A stretch of DNA of 58,445 bases, filler included, from Sluysia triapertura (Eukaryota): NCBI GenBank assembly GCA_046118255.1. It is 4 parts of 4 records of this genome, joined end to end, with 100 filler letters (N's around TTAATTAATTAA, not from the genome) between each part and the next. Parts side by side here need not be neighbours in the genome. Positions count along the whole stretch, not along the records: positions 32,151 to 43,382 come from JBJNIA010187069.1; positions 43,483 to 58,445 come from JBJNIA010243325.1; 2 more parts are not named here. One strand, given 5' to 3'. Shown piece by piece: positions 40,110-52,955 of the stretch (positions within the stretch are counted from its first letter, which is position 1; the number at the start of each line of letters is the position of its first letter). A model generated the notes under the pieces. It was not told the DNA's origin, searched no databases, and was given only the letters and a program-made list of their open reading frames with translations. The position numbers and the translations under genes are program-made.

Positions 40110-40287
40110 CCACCATCGGCAGTGACATTTTTCATTTACATCTATAAATTCATGTTACTGTAGATGATGGTTAGCATCACAGTTTAGTTTGCTTGTATGG
40201 TATTTATGTATCTTCTTTAAGTGGCCAACCAACCAGAACAAATATCACAGTGTTTTCTTGTAAACGATTCTGGTTGGATGACCAATC
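40110..40287 (+). promoter_or_regulatory. Cassette U4 double inverted repeat upstream of the CCCH gene
   Basis: CCACCATCGGCAGTGACAT (40110-40128) pairs with ATGTTACTGTAGATGATGG (40152-40170). TGGCCAACCAACCAGAA (40222-40238) pairs with TTCTGGTTGGATGACCA (40268-40284). Confidence 0.7.
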
Positions 40288-40545
40288 AACTATTACAAGT
40301 TCATGTTAAAAATTTTCGTACTCAATTATTAGTATACAATCAAATGAATTAAAAATAAAGCACACAATTACAATTTGTTGGCAGCGATATTATACAAAAA
40401 TTTTAGTCACAATAAAAAATTAAATTGAAAAAGACTTTCTCAATATAAAAGAGCATATTACTCGTAATTCAAACTGAACAATGTATGCTAAAAATTAATA
40501 GTGAAAAATTTTGTCTATTTTAAAGATAAGAATATTAACTAATTG

Positions 40546-41093
40546 ATGTTTGATTCTGAAAATAAATCCATAAACGACAATGATGTTCATAAAGATTATA
40601 AAGATGCTAACAATGAGTTTAAAGACTATAAAGATGATGATTATCAATCTAGCTACTATAAAGATGATGGCCATAAAGTTAAAGATTGTAAAGATGATGA
40701 CAATGAGGTTAAAGACTATAAAAGTGATGATTATAAAGTTGAAGTTTACAAATATGATTATCATGAGGTTAATGGTAGCAAACATGATGATTACGAAGCT
40801 AACATGATTTCCTTTTGTCCATTCGCCACAGATAAATACGGTATATGTGTAAAGAACAGAAATCATTGTCGTTATGCGCATACAGTATACGAATTAGTAT
40901 CCAAGAAAAAGATTGAAACAAGTTGTGGTCATCAATCAGCGAGACTAATCGGACTACTCAGAGGTCTTACAGCACCGACAACTAGCTCGATCGACAGCAA
41001 TTCAACGAAGAATAACCAACAAGTATATGATCCTTTTATTTACATTCATAACATCATGAACTTTCTTTTTAGATGGTGAATATGAAAACCTAG
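40546..41093 (+). CDS. Acidic decapeptide-repeat protein with a CCCH-type zinc finger (cargo of cassette U4); exons 40546-41022 and 41073-41093
   Basis: About 8 degenerate 10-aa repeats (KDYKDDDYQS, KDCKDDDNEV, KDYKSDDYKV...) precede CPFATDKYGICVKNRNHCRYAH (C-x9-C-x6-C-x3-H). A 50-nt GT-AG intron (41023-41072) sits at the same position as in the two paralogs. Confidence 0.7.
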
Positions 41094-41897
41094 AAGGTGT
41101 ATGCAGGATCCAGTCTTTTGAATGTAAACTAATAAATAATAATAAATTTTTCTGTAATTTTTATTTCTTTTTCAATAAACAGAATAAAATCATATATATT
41201 AGTTTTGAAAGTCTAAAAAATAATTTTTTAATAAACACTAATAATATAATATATAAACTTAATAAAAATTATCAATTGAATTTTAAATTTAATTTAATGT
41301 TTAATAATCATCATACAAGAACTTAATTAAACTTAATAACGTATTTCTGTATAGACGCAAGCATTATAGTAAAGTTCAGAAAAATTTTCATAAACTTTCC
41401 ATGAACTTCTTGGTTCAAACTATCAAATTTAGTCCTTAGCAATCTTATTTTAGCATTAGTTTTTAATGATACTTTTAAATTTTTTAGCCAAAACATTTTA
41501 ATTATTTTCTGAACTGTTAAAATTATGCTAATTTTCTTATTTTGTTCCTAAATTTTAGATTGAGAATAATCACTTTTCTCTAACTGTTTTCAATTGTGTA
41601 TTGGCATTCTCGTATTTTAATTGAGACTTAATCTTGCTGCTAACTTTTTAATTCGTTACTATTTTCATTTAGACTAATTTTCTTGAAACTAGTTTAAATG
41701 AATAAGTACTTTCTGAATTATTTAGCAACCATTTTATTTTTAAACAATCTTTTATAATTTTATCTATAATTTATCAATCACATGCACCCATACACTTATA
41801 CTAATATCCTCTGACATAAATATCCAATGAAATGTGTGAATTGGCACTGAGGTAGCCAATTTGGATTTATCGATTGTAAATAAATAAATGCATAATA

Positions 41898-42062
41898 NNN
41901 NNNNNNNNNNNNNNNNNNNNNNNNNNNNNNNNNNNNNNNNNNNNNNNNNNNNNNNNNNNNNNNNNNNNNNNNNNNNNNNNNNNNNNNNNNNNNNNNNNNN
42001 NNNNNNNNNNNNNNNNNNNNNNNNNNNNNNNNNNNNNNNNNNNNNNNNNNNNNNNNNNNNNN
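41898..42062. other. Scaffold gap (165 N)
   Basis: Plain N run without the linker. Confidence 0.95.
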
Positions 42063-43047
42063 ATTTGAATTTGAATTTCTTTTCATCTTGTGATTTATTT
42101 AATGCTTTGGTTTCTTCTATTTACGATATTCACGAACGTTTAGTACAGTTTCCAAACTAGTATCATTTTTTATAGTGGCCAATATCTGTTTTCATAATCT
42201 TTGAAAAAACAATAAACGTAAAGCTTTTAATTCTCTTTTCAGATTTATATTTTGGCAGTTTATTCATCAATTCTTTGCCGAATTCGAGCTCAATTAGATT
42301 TTCTCATTCTAATAATAGGATTCACGGATCAACATGATTTATCATTTGAATCTTTAAATAATGATTTTCCTGTATTTTCTTTGATGTCACATTAAATACG
42401 TTACATTTCATTATTATTGTTGGCATTCCCGTAGAACTGGTGGTGGAACTTAAGTTCGGTTTGTGATTATGAATGTGCTGCCTACAGCTGCATCCGGTAG
42501 TACTTGATTTGTCGGAGCAGTTTTTGCTAACTTATAAACAGTAATCTGTGCTCGAAGTTGAGCCAAGTTGATTTCTTTACAAATCTTATTTCAAGTTTTA
42601 ATTGAGAACACCATTTGATTTTGTTGAGTTCCGGTTATTCAATATTATTTCTTTTCTTTATTCCTACCCTTTTTAGGTTGTCATAGGAATTTCATTGTCA
42701 TGTTTTTCATTCCTTTTGTTACGTTATTTTAAATTTGTGCGATTTTAGGCGTTGCCGTTTAAGTTTAATTAAGGTTTAAAGTTTAATTTGTTATGATATG
42801 TGATATTTTGTTGATGTTTGTAATAAAATTTTTGTGTGAAGGGTTGGACAAGCACAAATATGAAAATTGTGTTTTGAATGAAACTAAAGCGAGTTTTTAT
42901 TGAATATCAATCATTCATATTATTATTTTTTGATCATTTCTATTATTATTATTTTTTTTTCATTTTTAATTATTACCTCATTATGTGAATTCTTTTATTA
43001 CTATTTACATTAATTTGTTAATATATTGTCATTATTAAGTATTATTA

Positions 43048-43048
<1 letters not shown>

Positions 43049-43102
<54 letters not shown>
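43049..43102. repeat. (ATT)n microsatellite
   Basis: Perfect run. Confidence 0.95.
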
Positions 43103-43106
<4 letters not shown>

Positions 43107-43309
43107 TATTACAATTTAAAAGAGATTGTGAGTGCAACCTAACAGTTTGCATTATTTTAATTTGGTTGCAGGACCTAATTGTAGATTTATAATAATAATA
43201 TTTGTTTAAGGTGCAATTTCATACATGTCTGTCAGTTTGAAAATAAATATCACATATCACGATTTATTTACGTAGTTGTATTTCTTACCAATTCATTTGG
43301 AGTTTAACT

Positions 43310-43382
43310 TTAACCCATTCGCTGCCAAGCCCAAATTATATGAAATCATCCCCATTGCCATTTATATTTATAATTTGCTTAT
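43310..43382 (+). mobile_element. piggyBac-like element end
   Basis: TTAA|CCCATTCGCTGCCAAG at a contig end. A second copy (TTAA ACCATTCGCTGCCAAC) lies at 15663. TTAA target plus CCC start is the piggyBac signature. Confidence 0.55.
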
Positions 43383-43482
43383 NNNNNNNNNNNNNNNNNN
43401 NNNNNNNNNNNNNNNNNNNNNNNNNNTTAATTAATTAANNNNNNNNNNNNNNNNNNNNNNNNNNNNNNNNNNNNNNNNNNNN
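43383..43482. other. Artificial contig linker
   Basis: Same 100-nt structure. Confidence 0.95.
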
Positions 43483-46400
43483 CTCTGTTAATTTATATTT
43501 TTCTGACAGGGTCTATTTTATTTGCGATTGTTAGTTTTAAATTAATCAATTAATGCTCAATCAGTTAGTTCACATATTAACAATCTTTATTAAGGTTTAT
43601 TAAACAGAAGGCTATGAACAAAACAAATACATTATAACGAAATAAAACACACACAAAAACGAAATAAAATACACAGAAAACAAAAATAGGATTTTAAAAT
43701 TAAAACCTTTAAGATATTAAATTTTTCAATTTGTAAATTTAAATATAAATGTTTTGACTCCTATTTATTTCTTAATATAAAACATAAAATTTTTTTTCAT
43801 ATCCAATATGTCGGATATTATCTTGCAAAAATTGATTTTGTGTGCATGGTTAAATATTTTCATTGATATTTATAATAAGAACCTACCAATAAAATTCAAT
43901 CATCTTACATATTTTAAGTGCTTATATTTGTAAATATTTTTAAAATTTAGAATTTAAATGAGTAGATAATATTTATATAAAATTTAATTTTATTATTAAA
44001 TTTATCCAAATTGGGTTAAGAAGTGCAAAAAACAACATTTTCTAAGGGCGAGGTGTTGCACTCATTGAAAGAAACATTTACCATAACTAAAGATAAAAGT
44101 AAAGTGATTTTTATTTGGTTTTTTTGGTTAAAATTACAATTCGACTCTTGATTACAACACTTCATCTAAAATTGCATCGAGTATTGTCAAAATTTAGTGT
44201 TTACCCAAACACATCTGGTTTGCCACAATTTCGTCTCGCAGCTATTGGAATTTAATTATTCTAAGACTTACTCATTATTTATTGGACAAAATGACACTTT
44301 GTAGATATGAAATCGTTAATTAAATTCTCTTAAATAAATTATACTATAACTTGCACACTTAAAATGTCTAATTATGTTTGCTAGGATAAAGCTAGCATTA
44401 AAATCTTTAATACAATATTAAAGAAAATCTTAATATATAATATTATGTATTGTTATTATTATGTATTCTTATACCATTTTTATTGTACTAAGTATAGTAA
44501 AGGTTGGAATTATAATTTTATAAATAAAAGGTAGGTTTAGTTTGTAATACATTTTAGTTGTTATTTGATTATGTAAGCCTTTATAAAGAAGGAGTATCGA
44601 AGGTATTCAATAAAATACGATACAAGCGTTAATCACAATCGAATTAAACAAAGTTAATTAAGTGAGAATTAACTTAAGGATAAATAATTTATTATAAGTG
44701 TTAAAACTAGAATGACATTTCAAATAATTACAAATAAAGAAACAAATATCAACCATTCTCAGAATGATGTTAAATAAGTGACCAGCTTCAAGTTAACATA
44801 TATCGAAATCCCATAACATCGTCTTCCTTGATGATATAAAGCGTTGATTATAGGTTAGTTGGTCCATAAGTTAGTTGTTACCATTTTGTAAGGTAGTTTA
44901 AAGGAAACACTTACATTACTATTTTTATAAGGTCCATATGACTTATTTGGATACTTCTAAAAATAGAATTTTTATTTTTAGAATTAGTTATTAAAAGTTT
45001 TTTATTAAAAAACAAAAAATTTTCAGTTCTGAATTTAAATCCGAATGTCTTTAACAAATAATAAAAAGATTTTTTTCTTCATTTCAAAAACGTTTGAAAC
45101 CAAATTTTAATTTAAGGTGAAATTTAATTTAATATGGAATCATGATTAATAAACTCATTCATAATATTACGAAATTTAAAATAATTAAAATAAAACCATT
45201 ATAATTAAAAAAACAAATTATATTTCCAGTAGCTCTAAAGAAATATTTTAGAAGTCTGAAATTAAGAAATGCATTCATTTAATGAGAAAGAAAAAGGAAA
45301 AAAATAGAATATAGAGGATATGATATGGAAGCATCGTAAAAAGTGAAAAAACATTCGAAAATTAGTTTCTTCATAATTATTTTATTTTTCAACTTTTTGT
45401 GTAATTCGTTTCGTCTTTATTTTTCAATTTTTTGCAACAAAAAATTAACATTGATGATGTCCATAAATATTGATCAATATATTTAAAGGATACATTTTAT
45501 AACATCTTTGCAAATAGATCCGTATCACTGCTAGGCTTGTCTAAAGCAAAGTCGTTCACAATATAACAATAGTAAAGAATGTCATTCATAAATAATATTT
45601 TAATAATGTCCTATTACATTGTTTTTTTCAGTTATAAGAAAACGGTAACGAATAATAAAGTAACAACAATGCAATATAATTATTTAATTATCTTTAATTT
45701 ATTTAAATGTTTTATAAAGTAAATTTTAATATTTACGTTTTTTTGTAGGGTTTATTTATGTAAACGTTAAATTGTATTGCCATTATCTTTGATTTCTGAA
45801 AGTTGGCGTTACATAAAACTCATTAATATTTAAGAATACTTTCGCAGTAATAAACAATGATCTCAAAATAGTTATCTTAAAAAATTAAATATTCCATCGA
45901 GTTTACGATGATATTATTTAGTAATTCCGTTTGTATTCTAAATTCATGAATATTTAAACGTTTATTTCTGGATTATTTATAAATTATTTAAAAGATAAAA
46001 TAAATATGAATATGTAACAAATGAATATTAATTAGTAGAATAATTATAAATTGTAAATGTTTTACTTAAGATACAAAAACATTAAAAGTTGAAACAGAAT
46101 TTAGTTTGGTTTATAAATAAAATCATATTACATATTACTTATAAAAATTAATTTGATATAAAATTGCAAAAATAAATCCGAAAAATAAACATTATTAAAA
46201 AAATTCTTGTCAAATTAACATCAAATTAAAATATTTAGATCAAAGAAAACATACTAGAATTATCTTACCATCAAATTTTGTCATAAAAACAACAAAAAGT
46301 AACAAAATGATATAATCAAGAAAAAATAGTATTTTAGTAATATTAAAAATTTAATTCATTTAATGTATGATTGAATATTAATATTGTGTTTCAGCGCTAC

Positions 46401-47899
46401 TTAACCTTTAGTGTACGAACGTTAGATATATCTAACATTTAAATTAATGGTCGAGATAGACGAATGATATATATAGCATTTATAAAATTTAATTCAAAAG
46501 ACAAATATTATTTATAAAAACGTAATAAGAACAATAAGATTGTTCACAGAAATGGTTCAAGTATGAAGCGTTGAGTTTAAAAAATCGGTTTCTATAAATT
46601 CTTATACTAAAGGTTAAACTGTGAGTCACGAAAATCTTCTGGCGATAATCATGTAACACCCATCAAGAGACCCTTGCAGTGGCGAAATTATCAATTAACC
46701 CTGTCAAAATTATAAACGTTATTGTTTAAACTCAAAATTGAAAATTTTTTTATTACTGATTAAATGTTTTGAGAGCTAAATTTAAATTTAAAAGACGAAA
46801 CCGAAGAAAAATATGATGTTGCTATTTTTTCATAATGATATTTTTGAGAAACTAAACGAAGTATTTTTTTTGAGTGATAAAATTTAAACTTTTATTAAAA
46901 GAAACAACACCAGTAACTTATGATGTAATGTTTTCCATTATCGACAATTTTAAAATTGAAAAAAAGCTACTTTAAAATTTTGATTTCAAAGGTGATCTTG
47001 AATTAAGAAATAATTTTTAATAGACATTTATTGTCTAATTTACTGAGCTGTAAAGTGGCTCAAACTTAAGAGTTGATTTTTCACAAAAATATCTGATTGC
47101 ATTGCGGATTTGAGCTTCTTACAATTACTACAATTCAATTAAATATTGTTCTAACATTTTTTTGCAGCTTTTTTTGAAATTTTTGACAGAAAAGTTACTT
47201 ATATGCACCAGAGGTTCTGTAACAATATAAAATTATGTTCAAATTATATTTTTAAAATATTTTATATATTAAACTGTGAAATGTACCTGATATATTATTT
47301 GTACCAAGTGGTGCACGTAAAATTCTTAAATTAATGAGTTAAATCCAAAATTATTAATTATTAAATAGTGTTGAAGATGCTTTTGTTTAGAACTGTTTAA
47401 TTTGTTACGTATTATAAAAGCAAATATACATATTTCATTAGCACAAAGTTTACCACGATTTTGTATATACGCTATTTCGATGAAGAAGTGTATATTTATG
47501 TCTAGGATGAGCTAAAGGAAAATTATACCGCTAAATAAATTTAATAATTATTATATGAAAAGTCAAAACATGAATTGAGAAAAAATGGTTAAACTTAGAA
47601 AATAATTTCAAATTAAAGTGTTAAAAGGTGTTTTTTGACACCTTTGGTAAAAATAGTGTTGCAAAAATGATTTTGCTTAGAAAACTTTGCATATTTTTCA
47701 TGTATTTAGGTTTAAGATTTTTCAGAAAGTTTTAATATTCGTTGATTCATAAATTATGCCTAAAGATTCGAATTGATATAAAAAAATTATATTTAAACTT
47801 TTAACTATACAGATATTTACATAATTATGAAGGTAATAACAAGAAAAATATAAAGTTCTATTTTTATAGACATTAAATTTAATTACACACAATTTTGTA

Positions 47900-48683
47900 T
47901 TTCGCATGTTATATATTGATGTTATTAATTTTATCTATAAAGTTTAAAAAAGAATTAAAATTACATTATAAATAATACTAGAACAATTGTAAATGTTGTC
48001 CTCTACATTGGTGTGAAATTGTCCACGTAATTGTTGATGCTCATAATTCAATAAATTAACCAGTTTTTTTAACTCTTATTATATCTCAATTCAAAATCAT
48101 GAGTGCCACGGATCTTGCGCCATACATTATACTTCTGCTAAAACGATCCAGTTGGCTGGAGTATTGCATCATTGGTGGTCGGTTACCGGAAATTGTATTC
48201 AACGAAGGCATAAAGACAAATTCATCTCGCATTGTCCGACATCACTTGATGAGTGTTTTAGATACAATATTACATGCAATAATCTCTTTAACTTTTGAAA
48301 ATAATCATATGAAACTGATTTCGTGAGTATTAGCCAAATATTATTGAAACGCATACACTTTGAGTTATAGTGTGGATAACTTTTGTTAGTTTTCGTGTAA
48401 ATTGCACATCGATTAATTCATAGGTATAATTATGAAATGGTCTAGTTTTGATAACAAGTAGCATCTGTGATTTATATTTCGGCCATTGAGAAGACTTTGT
48501 CATTAATAATGAAGTTGCACAAAAAGTTATATCGTAATCGACGTCGATAAATAGAATCGTAATTAAATCAAATATTAACCTGTCTATAGATTTTTCATTT
48601 GAGTATACTGACAGACGTGACCTTTGAACTTGGTCTAATTTCGAATCAGCATTATCTTGTATTGAATTGAGGTATTTTTTCAT
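47900..48683 (-). pseudogene. Orphan cargo gene of cassette U5, frameshifted
   Basis: A 117-aa ORF begins at ATG 48683, about 180 nt after hairpin 2. Coding-like sequence continues in another frame to about 48000, with a probable short intron near 47935-47965. Confidence 0.45.
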
Positions 48684-48699
48684 TTATGAAACATGTAAC

Positions 48700-49845
48700 G
48701 TTTTCGTTTTGTCTTGTTAAATAAATTAGACAGTCTGAATTTTTGTTAATTATATAATCTTTAAAATCGATTTTCTGCTGTTACACACAAATAAAAATTT
48801 GTGTACTTGCGTGTTCCATGATTTGTTATAACAAAAATTTGATGCAAAGAAATCGACCTGATTGGCCGTCCAACCAGAGAAAGATATAAAAATATTGTTG
48901 AGTAATTTGGTTGGACGAACAATAATAGAGATCAAAAATTGTAATATTGGTTTGCGAAATCAATGAGAACAAATGTTGCTTTATGACTGATGAGTGTACA
49001 TCTATCAGTGGTGTCAGTGATTAGCAACATATTTTAATGAAATAGTCACTGATAGTGGTAGTTAGTGGATAAAATTTTACAATTATAATTAAAAATAAAA
49101 TTAATAAAAATTATTAATGGTAATAATAATAACAGCAAAATGCTATTATTATCATTATCCCAAAAATGCATAAACTTTGTATTCTGTAACTTGAACATGA
49201 TCTTTCTTGTAACTCTTATTTTTTTTAAAGATATTAAAGTTGTAGAAGCAATTGAGTCTTAAAGAATTATGAATTTGTGATGTTAAGGCTTTTTAATATA
49301 CATCTTAAATGCTATTTTCTAGTTTTACGTAAAATTTGGATAATTAAGCCTAATGTTCTAAATGAAAATGTTGATAGGTCATAAGTTATTAATATGTTAA
49401 AAGGGTGTAATTTGATGAAAATAAGTTTTAATATGTTCAAGAAGTGATTGTATGATGTTGAAATGTGATAAGTTTGGAGATTTGAAATGTTTTGGGTTAG
49501 TTTTAGGATATGTTTTTGATGGTTTAAGGTGTAAGTTGTAATTCTGGTGTTATAAAATTGTGGATTAGAATGTTTTGAATAAAAATGTTTGTCATAAATT
49601 GTAGCTTAAAAATGTATTAAAATGAAAATAGTTCTAGTGGATCTGAAGAAATAAAATAAAAAAGTTTTGACAGAAAGATGGGTGAAATGTTATGGAATGT
49701 ACAATATGTTAAATTAATTTTAAGTCTTTCAATTTAATTTTTTAAGTGTATGTTTGATGATAAAAACAATTGAAAACATTCTGAAGAATGATTTTATTGT
49801 ATGTTGATGAAATAAAATTATTGGAGTATTGGGTTGGCCACCACA
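48700..49845 (-). mobile_element. Cassette U5 5' module (minus strand)
   Basis: The minus strand begins TGTGGTGGCCAACCC at 49845, then a C/A-rich arm and a spacer (AAGAAAGATCATGT...TTTATGCATTTTT...ATAATAAT...TTATTATT) shared with U1, U2 and U3. Hairpins at 49002-49061 and 48861-48923. Confidence 0.7.
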
Positions 49846-49875
49846 TTAATTTATTCCATGATTAAGTTAGTAACT

Positions 49876-50029
49876 ACCACTACCAGTGGTGACTACATTA
49901 AATTACATTTACAGTCACTGTCACCACTGATAATGGTTCATCTATCAATCAATTCAACAACGATTATTACTGGCTGTCCAACCAGGGCAAACTTTATCAT
50001 TGCTTTTATATATCTCTGGTTGGATACCA
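49876..50029 (+). promoter_or_regulatory. Cassette U6 double inverted repeat
   Basis: ACCACTACCAGTGGTGAC (49876-49893) pairs with GTCACCACTGATAATGGT (49920-49937). TGGCTGTCCAACCAG (49971-49985) pairs with CTGGTTGGATACCA (50016-50029). Confidence 0.7.
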
Positions 50030-50163
50030 AGCCAAACTAAAAAAATTATAAGGCACAATAAAAAATTATTAGCAAAAATTATTTCGTCTAAAAGGTTATT
50101 CAAATTAAAAAATTATTTCAATTAAAAGGTTTCAAAAAAATACCAGTTGATAAAACTGAAACC

Positions 50164-50675
50164 ATGCATGATTTTTCTCGCTACTTATCAATAACCCTCT
50201 TCAATGATAGAGTCTCAATAAAATTTCAGTATTTAATCCCTTAACATTATTAAAGGATAAAGCAGCTTTGGAGACGATAGAAAAGAATAAAGATGAACTT
50301 AATGATAGTAACAATAATGATATGATATCATCAGATGAATTACAATGTAATTTATGTGAAACTCGTTGGCTATTCAAAACCGACCAAGAAGGAAATTGTA
50401 TCAAATATGGGAGTAGTTGTATGAACTAGTGATTCCTAATGCTGATTTCGTACCGTACATCGATCATTTATCTCGAATCGGAAACATCTTGAGAATTCTT
50501 GAAGAATCAGATTCGAATGTGAGTAAGGACAATGCGAGTATCAATGAACTGAAAGTAATTAATTTTTATACTGATAATAAAGATATTACAATTTATTTTT
50601 TAGATAGCGGAACATATGAGACAAATGCACATTATTCGGGACAGCATTTCTCATAAATATATTTATGTTAAATAA
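50164..50675 (+). pseudogene. Third, diverged paralog of the CCCH cargo family (cassette U6), disrupted
   Basis: An acidic/Asn-rich segment is followed by WLFKTDQEGNCIKYGSSC, a frameshift, then YELV...SRIGNILRIL (compare U4 FATDKYGICVKNRNHC..TVYELV...ARLIGLLRGL). A 49-nt intron (50555-50603) occupies the equivalent position. Confidence 0.55.
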
Positions 50676-51079
50676 AATTTTATGTAATTTCTGTGTATTA
50701 TTGTCATAAAGTTAAAAAATAAATTTCAATTATATCTAATAGTTTTGTATTATAATAAAGACAACTTTGAAGACAACGTTTAAATTATCACAAATACAAT
50801 ATCTAAATTAAAACAAAATAAAGTTAAACTGTAAAATGGATCTAAAGTAATTCATTTTATATCGATTTGACTATATTAAATGACAATATTAAAACTTTGG
50901 TGAACTAAATGAAGTTTTAATTCATAAATATGACATAGTAAATATAATATCTAAATAATTATTAACGCCAAAGCTTTAAAAATAAACCAGAAGAAAATAT
51001 TTTTGTTTTAAATTAATGTAGTTAATATAATGTAATATATTATAGTTAATATAATTAACACATTAAAGGAGGGGGATAA

Positions 51080-52010
51080 TAATTACTGTATGTAGAATTT
51101 GAACAACCGAGCAGCTTCAAACCACAAAACATACTAAATACAAATGTAAAGTAGCGTATGGATTGCGCAATATGGTTCCACCGTTAAGCTACAGTAGATA
51201 AATCGTAGTATTACGACTCCTGACTATAATGTGTTAATATAATAAATGAGACGTGTTAAAGAATTATGATTTATATTCTAAATACATAACTTCTATAATT
51301 GATATTTAGAATATGAAATTGCGGTATCTAAGGATTCATATTTGAAATTACTTGAAATTATAAAATGTATATTGAATAGTGATTACATAATCCGACAATA
51401 TTTATACTGAAATAGAGACCAGCAACCACAAATGTATTGAAAAAATTAAATTAAATTAAATTAGCTCACAAATGATAAATAAATACTTATTTTCAATGCC
51501 ATTAAGAAACCAGAACCAATAACTTTGAAAAAATGAAATATCTTTCGATAATAACAAATAAGTAATTGAAAGAAAAAATGCCATAGAATGCACTGTACAG
51601 ATGAACGATAACACCGGTAAAACCGGTTTTGAATATTATTAAATAATTTATATGGTAAAATTTATAATTTAGAACGAAATTAAGTATTATATCGAAGAAA
51701 TTGTCCTTACAGTCAGGGAAATCCACATAAAGAATGTGTATATAAATTTCGATATAATAAAAGTAGCCAGAATGAAATTCATTGCTTGTAGAAATTCACT
51801 AGAATTAAGATATAAAAAATTAAGAAATTAATTGGTCATAGTATAACATTAATGAAAACCTACTTTTCATTATAAAACGCATATTTAAAAATATTAGAAA
51901 AAGAAACTTTATATTATTTTTACACGAAGGTGTTGATTGATTCTTTAAATAGTAATAATATTGCAAAGTTATTATTAAAAGAATTAGCATTATATTTATC
52001 AGCAATTATT
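51080..52010 (-). pseudogene. Decayed class A (rhodopsin/opsin-like) GPCR
   Basis: In order: INIMLILLII...KNQSTPS (TM1/ICL1-like), SEFLQAMNFIL (TM2-like), GF...FYGIFSFNYLFVIIERYF (TM3 with ERY), FKYESLDTAIS (ECL2-like) and FIYCSL..PY (TM6-like). Many stops and frameshifts. Confidence 0.4.
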
Positions 52011-52955
52011 ATTCAGCTGTAAACTTGTTTCATGGATTATTTGATTGCTAAAAAGCATTAAACGTAACTTGTAGCTATAAAGATTTGTCAAAAAGTGTAA
52101 TTCAGTTATTTAACATTGTTTGAAATGTATAATGCCAAACAATTAATTATAGATAAGTGCAATAGATAGTTTTAAAATAAGATAATATAAATTGTATTGA
52201 ATAACATTTCAAATTTTGAAATCATCTATAGTAACTTTCGTATTTTTATGTATAGTAATCATTACTGTATTAATTTATTTGAAAAATTAGTTTTAAAGTA
52301 AATATATTTTATTATCAGTACACTTTTACATTTAGTAGGTAAAAGTTATTTGAATAATTTAGAACATTTTTGAATAATTCCAAGAAATTTCGAACTCCGA
52401 ATGACGCTAACTTTAAATAACTTTGAAATCACATAATTTTGCATTTCCGAAATGAATTCAAAAGTATTTACAATAACTAAAATTAATACAAGTCTAATGA
52501 TTATCATTCAAGCGTTTCCTACTTGATTATTTTGTGAATAAAATTCTTACATATATAATAACATTTTGTAGTTTAAGAGAAATAAAATAAAGACTAGAGT
52601 ATTAAATAACTTTTAATTACAAATAAAATAACGCACAATCCTAATGTGCCAAGAGACTAGATATGCATATACCTTACATAAAATTACTAATCATTCAAAA
52701 AATTAAATTTTAACACAATAATTTTTATTTTAAATTTTACGAGGTATACGTAATATCATTCGTTATATTCTACCTTTTGGAAAGAATTGACTTTCGCATT
52801 TTAAATGGTTAATATAATATCATACAATTATAAATATACTTTTGTTTAATTTTACAACTCAGTAGGCTTTACAGAATTTTATTTTTATTATATAATATTT
52901 ATGTTTGAAAATTCGAATACAGCGCATTAAAAATTATACACAACTTTCAACATAC

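Noticed and set aside
41340-42850. Possible LINE ORF1/endonuclease remnant on the minus strand
   Set aside because: Only compositional hints; I could not identify a firm motif.
46385-47350. Possible additional hAT transposase relic
   Set aside because: A TIR-like CAGCGCTACTTAACCTTT and vague coding traces are present but too decayed to support a call.
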